Shown: positions 13,543 through 24,885, counted from the first letter of the stretch. The stretch: 64,000 nt of DNA from an uncultured Deinococcaceae bacterium (GCA_964252075.1 CAXULY010000002.1:160001-224000); one strand, 5' to 3'. The notes: a model not told the origin generated them from the letters alone. Numbers and translations are program-made.

Positions 13543-14042
13543 TGGCCGAGCCACTGGAGTTCGACGTGAAGGCCCTGCTGCCGGGCCCGCAGGCGCGCAT
13601 CGAGGCGGGCGCGGCGGACAGCGCGGACGCGCTGCTGTCCGCGCTCGCGCTGCTGCGCGAACTGCACGAGCACCGCGTGCTGGAGACCCTCACGCGCGTC
13701 ACGCAGGGCGGCGAGGGCCTCGCCTTCCACGCGCTGCAGATCCTGAACGAGCCGGGCAGCGTGCGCGCGCTGCGCAACCTGCTGGAACTCGTGAAGGTGC
13801 TGGGCAGCGTCGACCCGGACACCCTCGGTCACGTGTCGGGCGCCCTCGCGGACGGCGTGCGGGAGGGCGCGCGGCGCATGGCGGCGGGCGAACGCGCGGG
13901 CGTCGGGGAGCTGCTCGGCGTGGCGCGCGACCCGGACGTGGGCCTCGCGCTGGGCGCGCTGGTGGGCCTGCTGCGCACCTTCGCGCGCAGCCTGCACGCG
14001 CGGCAGGCGCAGGGCGACCCGGCGGACGTGCCGCACACCTGA
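13542..14042 (+). CDS. DUF1641-type partner subunit of formate dehydrogenase (YjgD/YrhD, ForE-like)
   Basis: TGATG coupling to fdhF; helical protein with a C-terminal LL..ARDPDV..ALG motif. Confidence 0.78.
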
Positions 14043-14051
14043 GCGGGGCCC

Positions 14052-15143
14052 TCAGGGCCGCTGGAGCGCCGCGCTCAGGAGCCGCCGGGCTTCATCGCGC
14101 ACCTGAGCGCGCGCCTCGGTGGGGGGTCCGGCGGTGCTGGCGCGCTCAATCAGCTCGGGCTGCGTGACGCGCACGCGCTCGCCGGGCGTCCCGCCGTCCA
14201 GCAGTTCGCGCAGGTGATCGAAGGCGCGCGCGCCGAGCGTCGGGAAGTCCTGCCGCACCGTCGTGAGGGGTGGGATGAGCAGCGCGCTCTCGGCGGTGTC
14301 GTCGTACCCAATGACGGACACGTCATGCGGGACGCTCAGGCCGCGCTCCCACAGGGCGCGCAGCGCACCGACCGCCATCTGGTCGTTCGCGACGAGCAGC
14401 GCCGTGAACGGCACGCCCGACGCGAGGAGCGCCGCCGTCGCGCGGTGCCCGCTGCCGGGACTCCAGTCGCCCTCCTCCTGCAGGGCGAGGTGCAGGCCAT
14501 GCGCGCGCAGTTCGTCCCGCCACGCCCGCAGGCGCGCGTGCTCCGCGACGGCGCCTGCGGGCGCGTGAATGCAGGCGATGCGGGTGTGCCCGAGCGTCAC
14601 GAGGTGCCGCGCGGCGAGGCGCGCGCCGTGCGCCTGGTCGAGCAGCGCGGCGTGCACGGGCGCATCCGGCGGCACGTCCAGGAACACGCAGGGGGTGTCC
14701 GGGTGCTGCGCCTGCAGGGCGGTGGCGTCCTCACCGCCGAGCGAGGCGTTGATGAGCACCCCATCCACCTGACGCTCGCGCAGGCTGCGGACGGTGCGCG
14801 AGGCGGCGTCCAGGCCGTAGTCGGGCACCATCGCGACGATGAGGCTGAAGCCATGCCCGCGCGCGGCGCGCTCGATGGCGGACGTGAGCTGCGATGGCGC
14901 GTGCAACGCGATGTCGTTCGTGGCGAAGCCGATGGAGTGCGTGCGCTGCCGCACGAGGCCCTGCGCGAGGCGGTTCGGGACGTACTGCAGCTGCGTGACG
15001 GCGTCCTGCACGCGCGCGCGGGTGCGGGCGGACACCGGGCCCTGACCGTTCACCACGCGCGAGACGGTCTGCTGCGACACGCCCGCGAGGTGCGCAACGT
15101 CCGCGAGCGTCGCGGCTTTCACGCGGGTGGAAGCGTCTCCCAT
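14052..15143 (-). CDS. LacI family transcriptional regulator
   Basis: TLADVAHLAGVSQQTVSRVVN HTH; ANDQMAVG, VSVIGYDD, PLTTVRQDF. Confidence 0.95.
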   Translation of the reverse strand: MGDASTRVKAATLADVAHLAGVSQQTVSRVVNGQGPVSARTRARVQDAVTQLQYVPNRLAQGLVRQRTHSIGFATNDIALHAPSQLTSAIERAARGHGFSLIVAMVPDYGLDAASRTVRSLRERQVDGVLINASLGGEDATALQAQHPDTPCVFLDVPPDAPVHAALLDQAHGARLAARHLVTLGHTRIACIHAPAGAVAEHARLRAWRDELRAHGLHLALQEEGDWSPGSGHRATAALLASGVPFTALLVANDQMAVGALRALWERGLSVPHDVSVIGYDDTAESALLIPPLTTVRQDFPTLGARAFDHLRELLDGGTPGERVRVTQPELIERASTAGPPTEARAQVRDEARRLLSAALQRP

Positions 15144-15509
15144 TTCTAACAGTATGCGGCAGGAGCGAGAGTACAGGCCTGAGTGTAGGGTGCCATCTCA
15201 GGCCGAGAGCGAGAGCAGGTTTATACGGCTTTAACCGTGAGTAGACCAGTAGGTAAGGCCAGCAACGGTGTAGACCTAAGCAAGCTCACTGGTAAATGCC
15301 AGACCCTGCCGAACCAATCGTAATGTGAGACTCAAGTGTTAGCCTTAACATCTTTTACAGTGCAACCACCGCAATTCACGATGAATCACGCAGCTTCGCT
15401 GCGCTCACATTGTCCCATTTGCTGCGCTTCACCACAGGTGACGATTTGACCATCCACACCGCTTGTCGCTCTCTTCTCGCGCTGATCACCGCAGACACCA
15501 ATGGTGTGA

Positions 15510-15938
15510 GGCTTGGCGGACGAGGCCAAAACGCATGGGGCGGCAGCGAAGGGCCGCATCAGGTCCACGCTGCCACCCGTAGAGGAAGACACGGTCAATT
15601 GGGAATGCGTGCGCCTCATGTTGGACACGGACGGGTGTTATGGTCTGCTGCTGGCCCTTTAGTCCGTGAAGGCCAGCATGGAAGACTTCCGCAGCCGAGC
15701 CCTGCAGGTGATGCTCAACCTGCTCGCCTCCCATTGGGCGGACGAGGGCACAACGACCCTCGCGTGCAGTGTGTCCACGGCGAACCTCGCGTGGCTTATG
15801 AACGCTGTACAGCGTGTGGGTGGCGTCTTCTCCTGCGAAGTGTGCTGGTCGTGGAGCGGTCGCTCACTGACGACGCGCGGCGAGACGGACCATCACACTC
15901 CACCCCACGCCACACGGGCCATGAACGGATTGAACTGA
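15510..15938 (+). pseudogene. Possible decayed gene remnant
   Basis: One frame reads with coding-like codons from 15510 to 15938 apart from an in-frame TAG at 15660; no recognisable family. Confidence 0.25.
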
Positions 15939-15975
15939 CCCACCCCGCCGCTCGCGGCACCCCGAAGGAGCACCC

Positions 15976-17160
15976 ATGAAGCGCACCCTGTTGATGTTGT
16001 CCCTCGCCTTGGCGGGCGGCGCGTCCGCCAGCACCCTCACCGTGTGGAGTCACTTCACGGACGCCGCCGAAGTCGCGTGGCTGAAGGCGCAGCTCGCGGC
16101 GTACACGAAGGCCAGCGGGAACGCCGTGAACCTCGTCGCGGTGCCGCTCGGCCAGATTCCCGACAAGCTCATTCAGGCCGCGCCGAAGGGGCAGGGCCCG
16201 GACCTCGTAGTAACGCTCCCGCAGGATCGCCTGGGGCAGCTCGCGGCGTCCGGCGTGATCGAGCCGCTCGACAAGTACCTGGTCTCCAGGACGGACCTGG
16301 ACCGCACGGCGCTGAGCGCCATGACGTACCGTGGGAAGCTCTTCGGGCTCCCCATGTTCGCGGAGGCCGTGGCGGTCATCTACAACAAGAAACTCGTGCC
16401 GACCTTTCCGACCACCTGGGACGGCTTCATCAAGGCGGCGCAGCAGAACACCGGGAACGGGCGGTTCGGTTTCCTGACGGACCTCACGAACGCCTACGCG
16501 AATTACGGCCTCATCAGCGCGTACGGCGGGTACATCTTCAAGAACAATGGCGGCACCGTGGACGTGAAGAACGTCGGGATCGGGAATGCGGGGGCGCAGA
16601 AGGCCATGGCGGCGCTGAATGACCTGCGCTACAAGTACAACCTCGTGCCGGAGGGCGTGACGGCGGACGCCGCGAAGGGTGCGTTCGTCGCGGGGCGCCT
16701 CGCGATGTACCTCACGGGTCCGTGGGACATGGGGGACGTGAAGAAGGCTGGCATTGACTACGGCATTGCGAACCTGCCGGTGCCGCCGGGCGCGACGGGC
16801 AAGTGGAGTCCCTTCGTGGGCGTGCACGGCGTGATCCTGAACGCGTACAGCAAGAACAAGGCGGCGGCGGCGGCGCTCGCGAAGTCCCTCGTGACGAGTG
16901 ACGCGCAGGTGGGCTTCAACAAGGCGGGCGGACGCATTCCCGTGAGCCTCTCGGCGCGCGTGAAGCTCAAGAGTGACCCGATCGTGACGGGCTTCAGCCG
17001 GGCCATCTCGGCGGGCACGCCCATGCCGAACGTGCCGGAGATGGGCGCCGTGTGGGGCCCCTGGACGAACGCCGTGACGCAGAGCACCGCGAAGCCCACC
17101 CCGAACTACCAGCAGATCCTGGATTCCGCCGTGAAGGAGATCAGCTCCAACATCAAGTGA
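15976..17160 (+). CDS. Maltose/galactan-type (MalE/CycB-like) sugar-binding protein, orphan
   Basis: SD AAGGAG; signal peptide; GPDL...QDRLG, LTGPW, PFVGV, PMPNVPEMGAVW motifs. Confidence 0.9.
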   Translation: MKRTLLMLSLALAGGASASTLTVWSHFTDAAEVAWLKAQLAAYTKASGNAVNLVAVPLGQIPDKLIQAAPKGQGPDLVVTLPQDRLGQLAASGVIEPLDKYLVSRTDLDRTALSAMTYRGKLFGLPMFAEAVAVIYNKKLVPTFPTTWDGFIKAAQQNTGNGRFGFLTDLTNAYANYGLISAYGGYIFKNNGGTVDVKNVGIGNAGAQKAMAALNDLRYKYNLVPEGVTADAAKGAFVAGRLAMYLTGPWDMGDVKKAGIDYGIANLPVPPGATGKWSPFVGVHGVILNAYSKNKAAAAALAKSLVTSDAQVGFNKAGGRIPVSLSARVKLKSDPIVTGFSRAISAGTPMPNVPEMGAVWGPWTNAVTQSTAKPTPNYQQILDSAVKEISSNIK

Positions 17161-17163
17161 GGG

Positions 17164-17219
17164 ATTGGGGGAAGGGGTAGGCCTCTCCCCCCAATGAAAA
17201 ACCGCCCTTTCGGGCGGTG
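17164..17219. terminator. Pair of hairpins between convergent genes
   Basis: ATTGGGGGA..TCCCCCAAT and AAAAACCGCCC-TTTC-GGGCGGT (U-tract on the minus strand). Confidence 0.7.
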
Positions 17220-17275
17220 ATAAACAAAGAATAGCGCGGTATGCGCGGCGGGTCAAGGGTATGCAGCGGGCCGCT

Positions 17276-18712
17276 TCAGGACGGCACGAGTTCCCGAGGT
17301 ACGGGCGCGCCGTCCACAGCCCCGCGTTGCAGGTGGCGCATCAGCACCCCGTACACCTCGGTGGGCTCCAGCGTCGCCTCCGGCAGCAGGGCGGGGTCCG
17401 AGACCATCAGGAGGGGACCGCGCCCGGCGTTCCCGCTCACGCGGCCGTGCGAGCCGCGCACGACCGTCGCGTCCAGGCCCACCACGTCCATCAGGTAGCG
17501 GAAGCCCAGCTTCTTGCGGATGAGGGCGCGCGCCGCCTTGAGTTTCGCGGGCGCGTGCGGGTCGAGGAACAGCTCAGCCGGGTCGTAGCCGGGCTTCTTG
17601 TGAATCTCGACGGTGCGCGCGAAGTCCGGGGCGCGCGCGTCGTCCAGCCAGTAGTAGTACGTGAACCACGCGCCGGGCTCCGCGACGACCACCAGTTCGC
17701 CGCTGCGGTCGTGGTCGAGGTGGTGCGCGCGCTTGCCGTCGTCGTCCAGCACCTCTGCCACGCCGGGCAGCGCCTCCAGCAGCGCCCGCACCTCGGGGAG
17801 GCGCGCGCGGTCGTTCACGTACACGTGCGCGATCTGGTGGTCGGACACCGCGAAGGCCGCGCTCATGCCGGCGTCCAGCAGTTCCAGGCCGCGCTCCTCA
17901 CGCACCGCGATGAGGCCCGCCTCGCGCAAGGCGCGGTTGATGTGCACGGGCCGCCACGCGCGCTCGATGCCGTACTCCGACAGGATCACCACCTGCACGC
18001 CGCGCGCCGCGTAGAAGTCCAGCAGTTCACCCACCACCGCGTCGATGTGGCGCAGTTCGGCGCTCATGGCGGGGTGGCCGGGCCCGTACTTCTGCAGGCC
18101 GTAATCGAGGTGCGGGAGGTACACCAGGGACAGGGTGGGCGCGTGCGTTTCCTCCACGAATCGCGCGCTCTCGGCGATCCAGCGGCTGGAGCGGATGGAT
18201 GAGTTCGGACCCCAGAACTCGAACAGCGGGAACTCCCCGAGGCGCGCGTTTAGGGTGGGGCGCAGGTCGGCGGGCTGCGTGTAGATGTCGGGGAGTTTCA
18301 GGCCGTCCGAGGGGTACATGGGGCGCGGCGTGACGGCGTAATCCACGCTGGAGTACATGTTGTACCACCAGAAGAGGTTCGCGCACGTGAAGTCCGGGTC
18401 GAGTTCGCGCGCAGCCTCCCAGATCTTGGGGCGCTGCACGAGGCGGTTGGACTGCCGCCAGAGTTTCACCTCGCACTCGTCGCGGAAGTACCAGCCGTTC
18501 CCCACGATGCCGTGCTCGCTCGGCCACGCGCCCGTGAGGTAGGTGGCCTGCACGCTGCACGTCACGGCGGGCAGCAGTTCCCCCACGGGCGCGAGCTTAC
18601 CGCGCTGCGCGAAGGCCTGCAGGTGCGGGGTGTCGGGGCCGATGAGGTCCGGGCTGAGGCCCACGACGTTCAGGACGGCGGTGCGGGCGAGGGGAGTGGG
18701 TGTGGTGGGCAT
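17276..18712 (-). CDS. eboF: EboF, alkaline phosphatase / nucleotide pyrophosphatase family
   Basis: VLNVVGL, PAVTCSVQATYLTG, HGIVGNGWY, YLPHLDY, IHKKPGYDP, GSHG; ebo context. Confidence 0.88.
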   Translation of the reverse strand: MPTTPTPLARTAVLNVVGLSPDLIGPDTPHLQAFAQRGKLAPVGELLPAVTCSVQATYLTGAWPSEHGIVGNGWYFRDECEVKLWRQSNRLVQRPKIWEAARELDPDFTCANLFWWYNMYSSVDYAVTPRPMYPSDGLKLPDIYTQPADLRPTLNARLGEFPLFEFWGPNSSIRSSRWIAESARFVEETHAPTLSLVYLPHLDYGLQKYGPGHPAMSAELRHIDAVVGELLDFYAARGVQVVILSEYGIERAWRPVHINRALREAGLIAVREERGLELLDAGMSAAFAVSDHQIAHVYVNDRARLPEVRALLEALPGVAEVLDDDGKRAHHLDHDRSGELVVVAEPGAWFTYYYWLDDARAPDFARTVEIHKKPGYDPAELFLDPHAPAKLKAARALIRKKLGFRYLMDVVGLDATVVRGSHGRVSGNAGRGPLLMVSDPALLPEATLEPTEVYGVLMRHLQRGAVDGAPVPRELVPS

Positions 18713-18715
18713 GCG

Positions 18716-19606
18716 TCAGGTCCCCTTGATGGAGCGCTGCCAGTACACGGTCAGCGCGAAGGCCGCGAGGGCCAGCAGGATGAGTGCGGTGGGCGCGTGC
18801 CGGTTCAGGAGCACCAGCGCGTCCAGCAGCGAGATGCCGGCGATGAGGTGCCCCACCGCGCGGCCCACGTCGCGCTGCGCGGGCGAGTACAGAAACAGCA
18901 GGCTGTACCCCACCCACAGCGGGAAGGCCAGCAGCAGCGCCACGCCGCCCAGCGTGAGGGCGGGCAGGGACAGGGCGGCGTACACGACGGGCAGGATGAG
19001 CAGGGCGGCGGGCCAGTAGCGGCTGAGGTCCGCGCGGCGCTCGGTCTTCGCGATCTGCGTCATGCCGACCGTGTACAGGCCCAGCAGCACGGTCCAGACC
19101 ACCAGGGGCGGCGTGACGTGTGGCGCGAGCGCCAGGAAGGCCGTGACGTACACCAGCATGCGGGTGCCCGCCATCAGGACGGGACTCAGGGGGTTCGCCT
19201 TGTGCCAGCGGTCGTACACGAAGATCAGCGCGACCAGCGCGAGGCCCGCCCACACCGCCGTGAGGGACACCAGCGCGAGCAGCGCGAGGCCCACCACGAA
19301 CAGCAGCGTCGTGACGAGCCGCGCCTCGTCGCGCGAGATCAGGCCGGACGGCAGGGGCCGCTCGGGGCGCTCCAGGCAGTCAATGCGGTAATCCATGAGG
19401 TCGTTGAGGTACATGCCCGCCGTGTAGAACAGCACCATCGCGACCGCCACGAGGAGCGTCCCGACGCCCGGCTGCAGCGCGCCCGCGAGCGCGGCGCCCG
19501 CGAGGGCGTTCGTGCCGACGGTCGGGCTGTTCGAGATGCGCGCGAGCGTCAGGTGCCCGCGCGCCCGCGCGGGCCAGCGCGTGCGGGTGAGCGCGTCAGA
19601 GGACAT
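18716..19606 (-). CDS. eboC: EboC, UbiA family prenyltransferase
   Basis: [23 protein letters not shown]sp-rich motif, YD..HK, multiple TM helices. Confidence 0.88.
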   Translation of the reverse strand: MSSDALTRTRWPARARGHLTLARISNSPTVGTNALAGAALAGALQPGVGTLLVAVAMVLFYTAGMYLNDLMDYRIDCLERPERPLPSGLISRDEARLVTTLLFVVGLALLALVSLTAVWAGLALVALIFVYDRWHKANPLSPVLMAGTRMLVYVTAFLALAPHVTPPLVVWTVLLGLYTVGMTQIAKTERRADLSRYWPAALLILPVVYAALSLPALTLGGVALLLAFPLWVGYSLLFLYSPAQRDVGRAVGHLIAGISLLDALVLLNRHAPTALILLALAAFALTVYWQRSIKGT

Positions 19607-20807
19607 GCTGCACCCAGCGGTACTCGCGCTCCACCATGTCCACCAGCGGCAGTTTCAGGTCCGCGGGCAGCACGTCCCAGGTGTACGTCTCGATCTCCAG
19701 GTGCCCCGTGAAGGGCGTCTCGCGCAGCGCCGCGAAGGTCTGCAGGATCTCGGCCTGCGTGGACGCGAGCGCGGCGTCTCCGAAGTGCTGCGCGAAGACC
19801 GGCACGTGGAAGTGCACGCGCGCCTCGGTGAGCGCGGGGTCCGCGAGGTGCGCGAGGGCCTCGGGGAGGTCCGGGAACTGCGTGAGGCCGCCGTCCGCGC
19901 GCCGCGCGATCACCTGGTGCAGGTACGTGCTTTCCGCGTAGGGGCGCAGCGCCTCGGTCGCCTGGCGGCGCGCCTCGGGGTCCGGGGGGAGCGGCAGGCG
20001 CAGCGCGGAGCTGATCTGCACGCGCCCGATGCGCAGGCCCGCGGCGTGGTAGCGGGCGAGCGCCTCGGCGGGCACCTCGCGCGCCACCGCGACGTGGCAG
20101 GTGTCGAAGCACACCTGCACGTGCCGCCGCATGGCCTCCTGCGCGGCGTCCAGCGTGACGCCCAGCTGCGCGGCGAGGCTGCGCGCGCCGCGCGTGAGGA
20201 GGTGCTCCGTGAAGAAACGCGCGAGTTCGTCGCTGCGCTCCAGCAGACCATCCGGTTCGGGCTCCAGGTCCAGGTGCATGAGCTGCCCGGTCTCGGCGTG
20301 CCGCCGCGCGAGGACCACGGCGACCTGCGTCACGTGGTCGGTGAGGACGTCCCACACGGCGGGGTCGCGCGCGTCCACCCAGGCCTTGTAACTGAGGGGA
20401 CTGGACGAGATGCCGCCCTCCAGCCCCGCCGGGAGCAGCGCCGCCAGGATCTCGATGAGGCGCTCCGTGTACGCCACGCGCTCGGGGTCCAGCCAGTCGG
20501 GCGCGTGCACCTGCGCCTTCACCGCCTGCCCGTGGAAGGGGCCGTAGGGGAAGCCGTTCATGGTGAACACGTACAGGCCGCGCGCCTCCAGGAACGCCCG
20601 AAAGGCCGCGAGCTGGCCGGGCGCGAGCAGTTCGCGGCTCTCCTCGCCGGACAGCCGCAGGCCCAGCCCGAAGGCTTCGTCCGGCGCGAGGCGCGCGCGC
20701 AGCGGGACGGCGTAGCGGTCCAGGTCGCGCAGGACGCCCGCGAGGTCCCCGGACGGGTGGATGTTCGTGCAGTACGTGAGCTGCAGGTCGCGCTCGGGAA
20801 GGCGCAT
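19596..20807 (-). CDS. eboE: EboE, xylose-isomerase-like TIM barrel
   Basis: [53 protein letters not shown]. Confidence 0.92.
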   Translation of the reverse strand: MRLPERDLQLTYCTNIHPSGDLAGVLRDLDRYAVPLRARLAPDEAFGLGLRLSGEESRELLAPGQLAAFRAFLEARGLYVFTMNGFPYGPFHGQAVKAQVHAPDWLDPERVAYTERLIEILAALLPAGLEGGISSSPLSYKAWVDARDPAVWDVLTDHVTQVAVVLARRHAETGQLMHLDLEPEPDGLLERSDELARFFTEHLLTRGARSLAAQLGVTLDAAQEAMRRHVQVCFDTCHVAVAREVPAEALARYHAAGLRIGRVQISSALRLPLPPDPEARRQATEALRPYAESTYLHQVIARRADGGLTQFPDLPEALAHLADPALTEARVHFHVPVFAQHFGDAALASTQAEILQTFAALRETPFTGHLEIETYTWDVLPADLKLPLVDMVEREYRWVQHVL

Positions 20808-20808
20808 G

Positions 20809-21663
20809 TCAGCGCGCCTCCGCCGTCAGTTCCGGCGCCGCGCGCGGGATGGTGCCCGGCGCGGGCCGACGGAAGCGCGGGGACTGCCCCAGGAACGCCG
20901 CGGGGTTCTCGAACACGATGCGCTGAATGAGCGCCTCGCTGTGCCCGCGCCGCCGCGCGGCCAGGATGAACTCCGGGATGGCGACGGGGTCGCTCTCGCC
21001 CCAGTCGCAGGCGGACGCCACGCAGATGCGCTCCGGGCCGAACATCTCGATCATGTCGAGCGCCCGCGCGGGCGACGCCTTCGTGCGGGGGTACAGGGTG
21101 AAGCCCGTCCAGAAGCCGTGCTCCAGGATCATGGGCGCGGTGTGCTCCTCGGCGTGGTCAATCATGACGCGCGCGGGGTTCACGCGCCCGTCGCGCGCGA
21201 GGGCCTCCACCAGCACCCGCGTGCCCTTGTACTTGTCCTCCAGGTGCGGGGTGTGGATATGGATCATCTGGTGGTGCTCCAGCGCGAGCTCCACGTGATC
21301 CATGAATGTCGCGAGTTCGTTGCGCGTCACGCGGTTCAGGCCGATCTCACCGATGCCCAGCACGGTGGGGCGGCTCAGGTACTCCGGGATGAGCGCCAGC
21401 ACCTGCCGCGCGAGCTCGCGGTCCTCGCCCTCCTTGGGGTTCAGGCACAGCCACGCGTAGTGATCGATGCCGTACCCCCTGGCGCGGGCGGGCTCGAAGG
21501 TCGTGATGTGATCGAAGTAATCCGCGAAGGCGAGCGGCCCCAGGCGGTCGCGGCCCGACCAGAAGGCCGGTTCCGTCACCGCGACGCAGCCCGTGAGGGC
21601 CATCTGGTGGTAGTCGGTGGTGGTGCGCGAGATCATGTGCGCGTGCAGATCAATGTAGTTCAC
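20809..21663 (-). CDS. eboB: EboB, TatD family hydrolase
   Basis: [40 protein letters not shown]. Confidence 0.9.
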   Translation of the reverse strand: MNYIDLHAHMISRTTTDYHQMALTGCVAVTEPAFWSGRDRLGPLAFADYFDHITTFEPARARGYGIDHYAWLCLNPKEGEDRELARQVLALIPEYLSRPTVLGIGEIGLNRVTRNELATFMDHVELALEHHQMIHIHTPHLEDKYKGTRVLVEALARDGRVNPARVMIDHAEEHTAPMILEHGFWTGFTLYPRTKASPARALDMIEMFGPERICVASACDWGESDPVAIPEFILAARRRGHSEALIQRIVFENPAAFLGQSPRFRRPAPGTIPRAAPELTAEAR

Positions 21664-21974
21664 CGTTCGGCCTCCAGTCGGTGGGCGGACGCGCCGAAGG
21701 CGCTCTGCTGGTCGCGCACGTCCAGCAGGGTGAGGTCGAGGTCGCTGAGGACCATCTGCACCTGCCGCGCGCGCTCCGGGCCGTCCCCCGTGAGGACCTT
21801 GAGCGACTCACGGAAGGCCTCCATGCGGAAGTCATGCGGGGCGTTCGGGTGGGCGGAGCGCTCGAAGCGGTCGAGGAACGCCGCGAGGGCGAGCACCTGC
21901 GCGCGGTGCTCCATGAAGGTTTCGTCGAGGATTTGCTGCTGACTCAGCGGGCAGGTGCGGGCGTAAGGGTCCAT
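21660..21974 (-). CDS. Hypothetical protein (104 aa) inside the ebo operon
   Basis: Overlaps both neighbours; SD GAGGAG; amphipathic [25 protein letters not shown]...[11 protein letters not shown]. Confidence 0.75.
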   Translation of the reverse strand: MDPYARTCPLSQQQILDETFMEHRAQVLALAAFLDRFERSAHPNAPHDFRMEAFRESLKVLTGDGPERARQVQMVLSDLDLTLLDVRDQQSAFGASAHRLEAER

Positions 21975-23149
21975 GTCGCTCCTCTGGGGGTGGGGTTCAG
22001 GGTGGCGTGCTGCGCCAGCCAGCGCACACAGCGCGCGAGCAGCGCGAGGTCCATCTCGTGCACCTCAAGGCCGCGCCCGATGCCGCCGAGCAGCATCACG
22101 GTGAGCTGGCCGCCCAGGTGCTCGCGGAATTCCTCTAGGCCGTGCAGCAGGCTGCGCGGGTCCTCGGGCGTGTCCAGCGCGTCCAGCATGCGCGGGTGGA
22201 ACACCACGAGGCCCAGCGCGCCGAACAGGGACAGGATGCGCGCCCAGTCCGCGCGCGGGAGGTGCCCAGCGAGGTGCGCGTAGGTGCTGTCCAGCGCGAT
22301 GCCCATCGCCACGGCCTCGCCGTGCCGCAGGGCGTACCCGGTGAGGGACTCCAGCTTGTGCGCCGCCCAGTGCCCGAAATCCAGGGGGCGCGAGGAGCCC
22401 TGCTCGAAGGCGTCGCCACTCCCCGCGATGTGCCCCAGGTGCAGCTGCGCGCAGCGGTACACGGCGTGCTCCATCGCGGCGAGGTCGCGGGCGCGCAGGG
22501 CGGGCGCGCTGTCCTCCAAGAAGGTGAAGAACGCGCGGTCCTTGAGGAGCGCGACCTTCACGGCCTCCGACAGGCCGCCCAGCCAGTCCCGGTCCTCCAG
22601 CGTGGTGAGGAGCTGCAGGTCGTTCAGGACGGCGGCGGGCGGCGCAAAGGTGCCCAGCCAGTTCTTCTTGCCGTGCGCGTTCACGCTGTTCTTCACGCCG
22701 ACGGCGCTGTCGTTCTGCGAGAGCACCGTGCTGGGCACGCGGATGAGGCGCACGCCGCGGTGCGCGGTCGCGGCGGCGTACCCCACCATGTCGATGAGCG
22801 CGCCGCCCCCCACCGCCACCACGTAGGAGTGCCGGTCGATGCCGTGGTCGTCGATGGCCTGCTGCACCCGCATCACGAAGGCCGGGTCCTGCTTCACGGC
22901 CTCGCCGCCCGGCAGCACCATGGGGGCCGAGACGAGCGCGAGGTCGTGGTGCGCGCAGTACGCCTCCAGCTCGGCCGTGAGGTGCGGGTGGTGGCGCGCC
23001 ACGCCGTCATCCACCACGGCCAGCAGCTTGCGCGCGCCGCCCTGCACGGCGTCCCGGAAGCTGGGGTTGTCGGGCGTAAAGAGCCGGGAGGTGAACACCA
23101 CGGGGTAACGGAAGCGCACCTCGAACTGCTGCTCGATGGTGCGCGTCAT
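21944..23149 (-). CDS. eboD: EboD, 3-dehydroquinate synthase-like sugar-phosphate cyclase
   Basis: [57 protein letters not shown]. Confidence 0.88.
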   Translation of the reverse strand: MTRTIEQQFEVRFRYPVVFTSRLFTPDNPSFRDAVQGGARKLLAVVDDGVARHHPHLTAELEAYCAHHDLALVSAPMVLPGGEAVKQDPAFVMRVQQAIDDHGIDRHSYVVAVGGGALIDMVGYAAATAHRGVRLIRVPSTVLSQNDSAVGVKNSVNAHGKKNWLGTFAPPAAVLNDLQLLTTLEDRDWLGGLSEAVKVALLKDRAFFTFLEDSAPALRARDLAAMEHAVYRCAQLHLGHIAGSGDAFEQGSSRPLDFGHWAAHKLESLTGYALRHGEAVAMGIALDSTYAHLAGHLPRADWARILSLFGALGLVVFHPRMLDALDTPEDPRSLLHGLEEFREHLGGQLTVMLLGGIGRGLEVHEMDLALLARCVRWLAQHATLNPTPRGATWTLTPAPAR

Positions 23150-23301
23150 GGCGTTCGCCCGTCCGGGCGGGTCGACCTCGCGGCGCGGCCGCGGTCGGTG
23201 GGCAGGTGCGTTGCGTTCACCGGGCGAGCGTAGGCACCCGGCAGTCAACGCTTCGCTAATGCGGGGCGCCCCTCGGGCGCTGCGCGGGCGTCAACCGAAC
23301 G

Positions 23302-24192
23302 CTACACGCCGCGGAAGAAGCCGATGAGCTGCGCGTTCACGTCATCCGGCTGCTCGTGGTGCAGCCAGTGGGTGGCCGTCTCGAAGCGCACGAGGCGCGC
23401 GTCGTCGCAGTACGTTAGGCTGTCCTCGGCCAGTTCGGGGATGAGGAAGTGGTCCTGCACGCCCCACAGGATCAGGGTGGGCACCCGCACGCGCAGCGAC
23501 GCGGCGTCCCGGGCGCCGGCGCCCGCGTGGCGCAGGGCGCGGTACCAGTTGATCATGCCGGTGAGCGCGCCCGGCTGCAGCCACGCGTCGCGGTAGGCGT
23601 CCAGTTCGGCGTCGAAGGTGTGCGGCCTGGAGGTGCGGACCAGCGCCTGCGCGAGCGCCCGCGCGCCGCGCTGCCGCAGCAGCCACTCCGGCAGGGCGGG
23701 AACCTGGAAGGCCAGCATGTACCAGCTGCGCCGCCGCTGCGCCGCGCGGCGCGTCAGGGCGAGCTGCATGGCCGCCGGGTGCGGCACGTTCATGATAACG
23801 AGCTGCTGAACGCGCTCGGGGTACTGCAGGGCGAGCGCCCACGCGACCGCCGCGCCCCAGTCGTGCCCGACCACCCGCGCGCGCTGAAGGCCGCGCGCGT
23901 CCAGCAGGCCCAGCACGTCGCGCACCAGTTCCCCCACCTGGTACGCGCACACGCCGCTGGGTTTGGCACTCAGGTTGTACCCGCGCTGGTCCGGCGTGAT
24001 CACCCGGTACCCGGCCGCGGCGAGCGCCGCGATCTGCGCGCGCCACCCGAACCACGCCTCCGGGAAGCCGTGCAGCAGCACCACGGGCGGGCCGTCCGCC
24101 GGTCCGGTCTCCACGACGTGCAGCGCCACACCGTTCACGCCCAGCCAGGTGCGGCGCAGGGGAACGTCGGTGGGCGTGTGGGGGGAGGACAC
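23302..24192 (-). CDS. Alpha/beta hydrolase, epoxide hydrolase-like
   Basis: LLHGFPE, PDQRGYNLS, GHDWG nucleophile elbow, INWYRA, HWLHHE. Confidence 0.92.
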   Translation of the reverse strand: MSSPHTPTDVPLRRTWLGVNGVALHVVETGPADGPPVVLLHGFPEAWFGWRAQIAALAAAGYRVITPDQRGYNLSAKPSGVCAYQVGELVRDVLGLLDARGLQRARVVGHDWGAAVAWALALQYPERVQQLVIMNVPHPAAMQLALTRRAAQRRRSWYMLAFQVPALPEWLLRQRGARALAQALVRTSRPHTFDAELDAYRDAWLQPGALTGMINWYRALRHAGAGARDAASLRVRVPTLILWGVQDHFLIPELAEDSLTYCDDARLVRFETATHWLHHEQPDDVNAQLIGFFRGV

Positions 24193-24344
24193 ACGTCACT
24201 GTATGCCCGGGGCGCGTGCGCGGTCTTCACCGATGCTGAAACCGACGGCCCGAAATGAAAACGGCGACCTTCCGGCCGCCCTGATTCCTAAAATATAGCG
24301 TGGTATGCACGCCGGGTCAAGGTCATGCAGTGGGTTCGCCGCGT

Positions 24345-24794
24345 TCAGCCTGGCGTGGCGGGCCGGTTCCCGGCGCGCCGGGTGGGCAGCGCCGCCTCAC
24401 GCCAGAAGCGCAGGAGCGCCTCCAGTTCCGCCGCGAACACCAGCTGATCGTCCGGCTTCAGCAGGTATGCGCTCGCGTGCCCGGCGTACGCGCGGCGCAC
24501 ATCCGCCTCGTTGCGCGACGTGCTGATGATCACCACCGGCACCGCGCGGCGCTCGGCCTCCGCCTTGAGCCGCTTCAGCACGTCCAGGCCGCTCAGGCCC
24601 GGCATGTGCAGGTCCATCAGCACGAGGTCCGGCCACGAGCCGGGCGGCCCCTCGAAGCGCTCCAGGGCCGCCGTGCCGCCCAGCGCGGTGCTGAGCAGGT
24701 ACGGTTCAGGCTGCTCGGCCAGCGCGAGCTCCGCGAGGAGCAGGTCCGCCGGGTCGTCATCAACGACCAGCAGGTGAATGGAGGCGGGTTTCAT
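24345..24794 (-). CDS. Single-domain response regulator (Rcp1/CheY-like)
   Basis: LVVDDD, DLVLMDLHMP, STS, YLLKP, FW near the C-terminus. Confidence 0.9.
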   Translation of the reverse strand: MKPASIHLLVVDDDPADLLLAELALAEQPEPYLLSTALGGTAALERFEGPPGSWPDLVLMDLHMPGLSGLDVLKRLKAEAERRAVPVVIISTSRNEADVRRAYAGHASAYLLKPDDQLVFAAELEALLRFWREAALPTRRAGNRPATPG

Positions 24795-24885
24795 CGGTGC
24801 GGTCCGGCGGGTCGCGTGGGCGCCATGGCGTCCCCTTCCTCAGCCTCCCGTGCCGGCCGGACTGACACAGCAGTATAGCGGGCCC

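Noticed and set aside
21944..23149. Housekeeping aroB call
   Set aside because: The sequence motifs and context match the EboD subfamily; no shikimate pathway genes are nearby.
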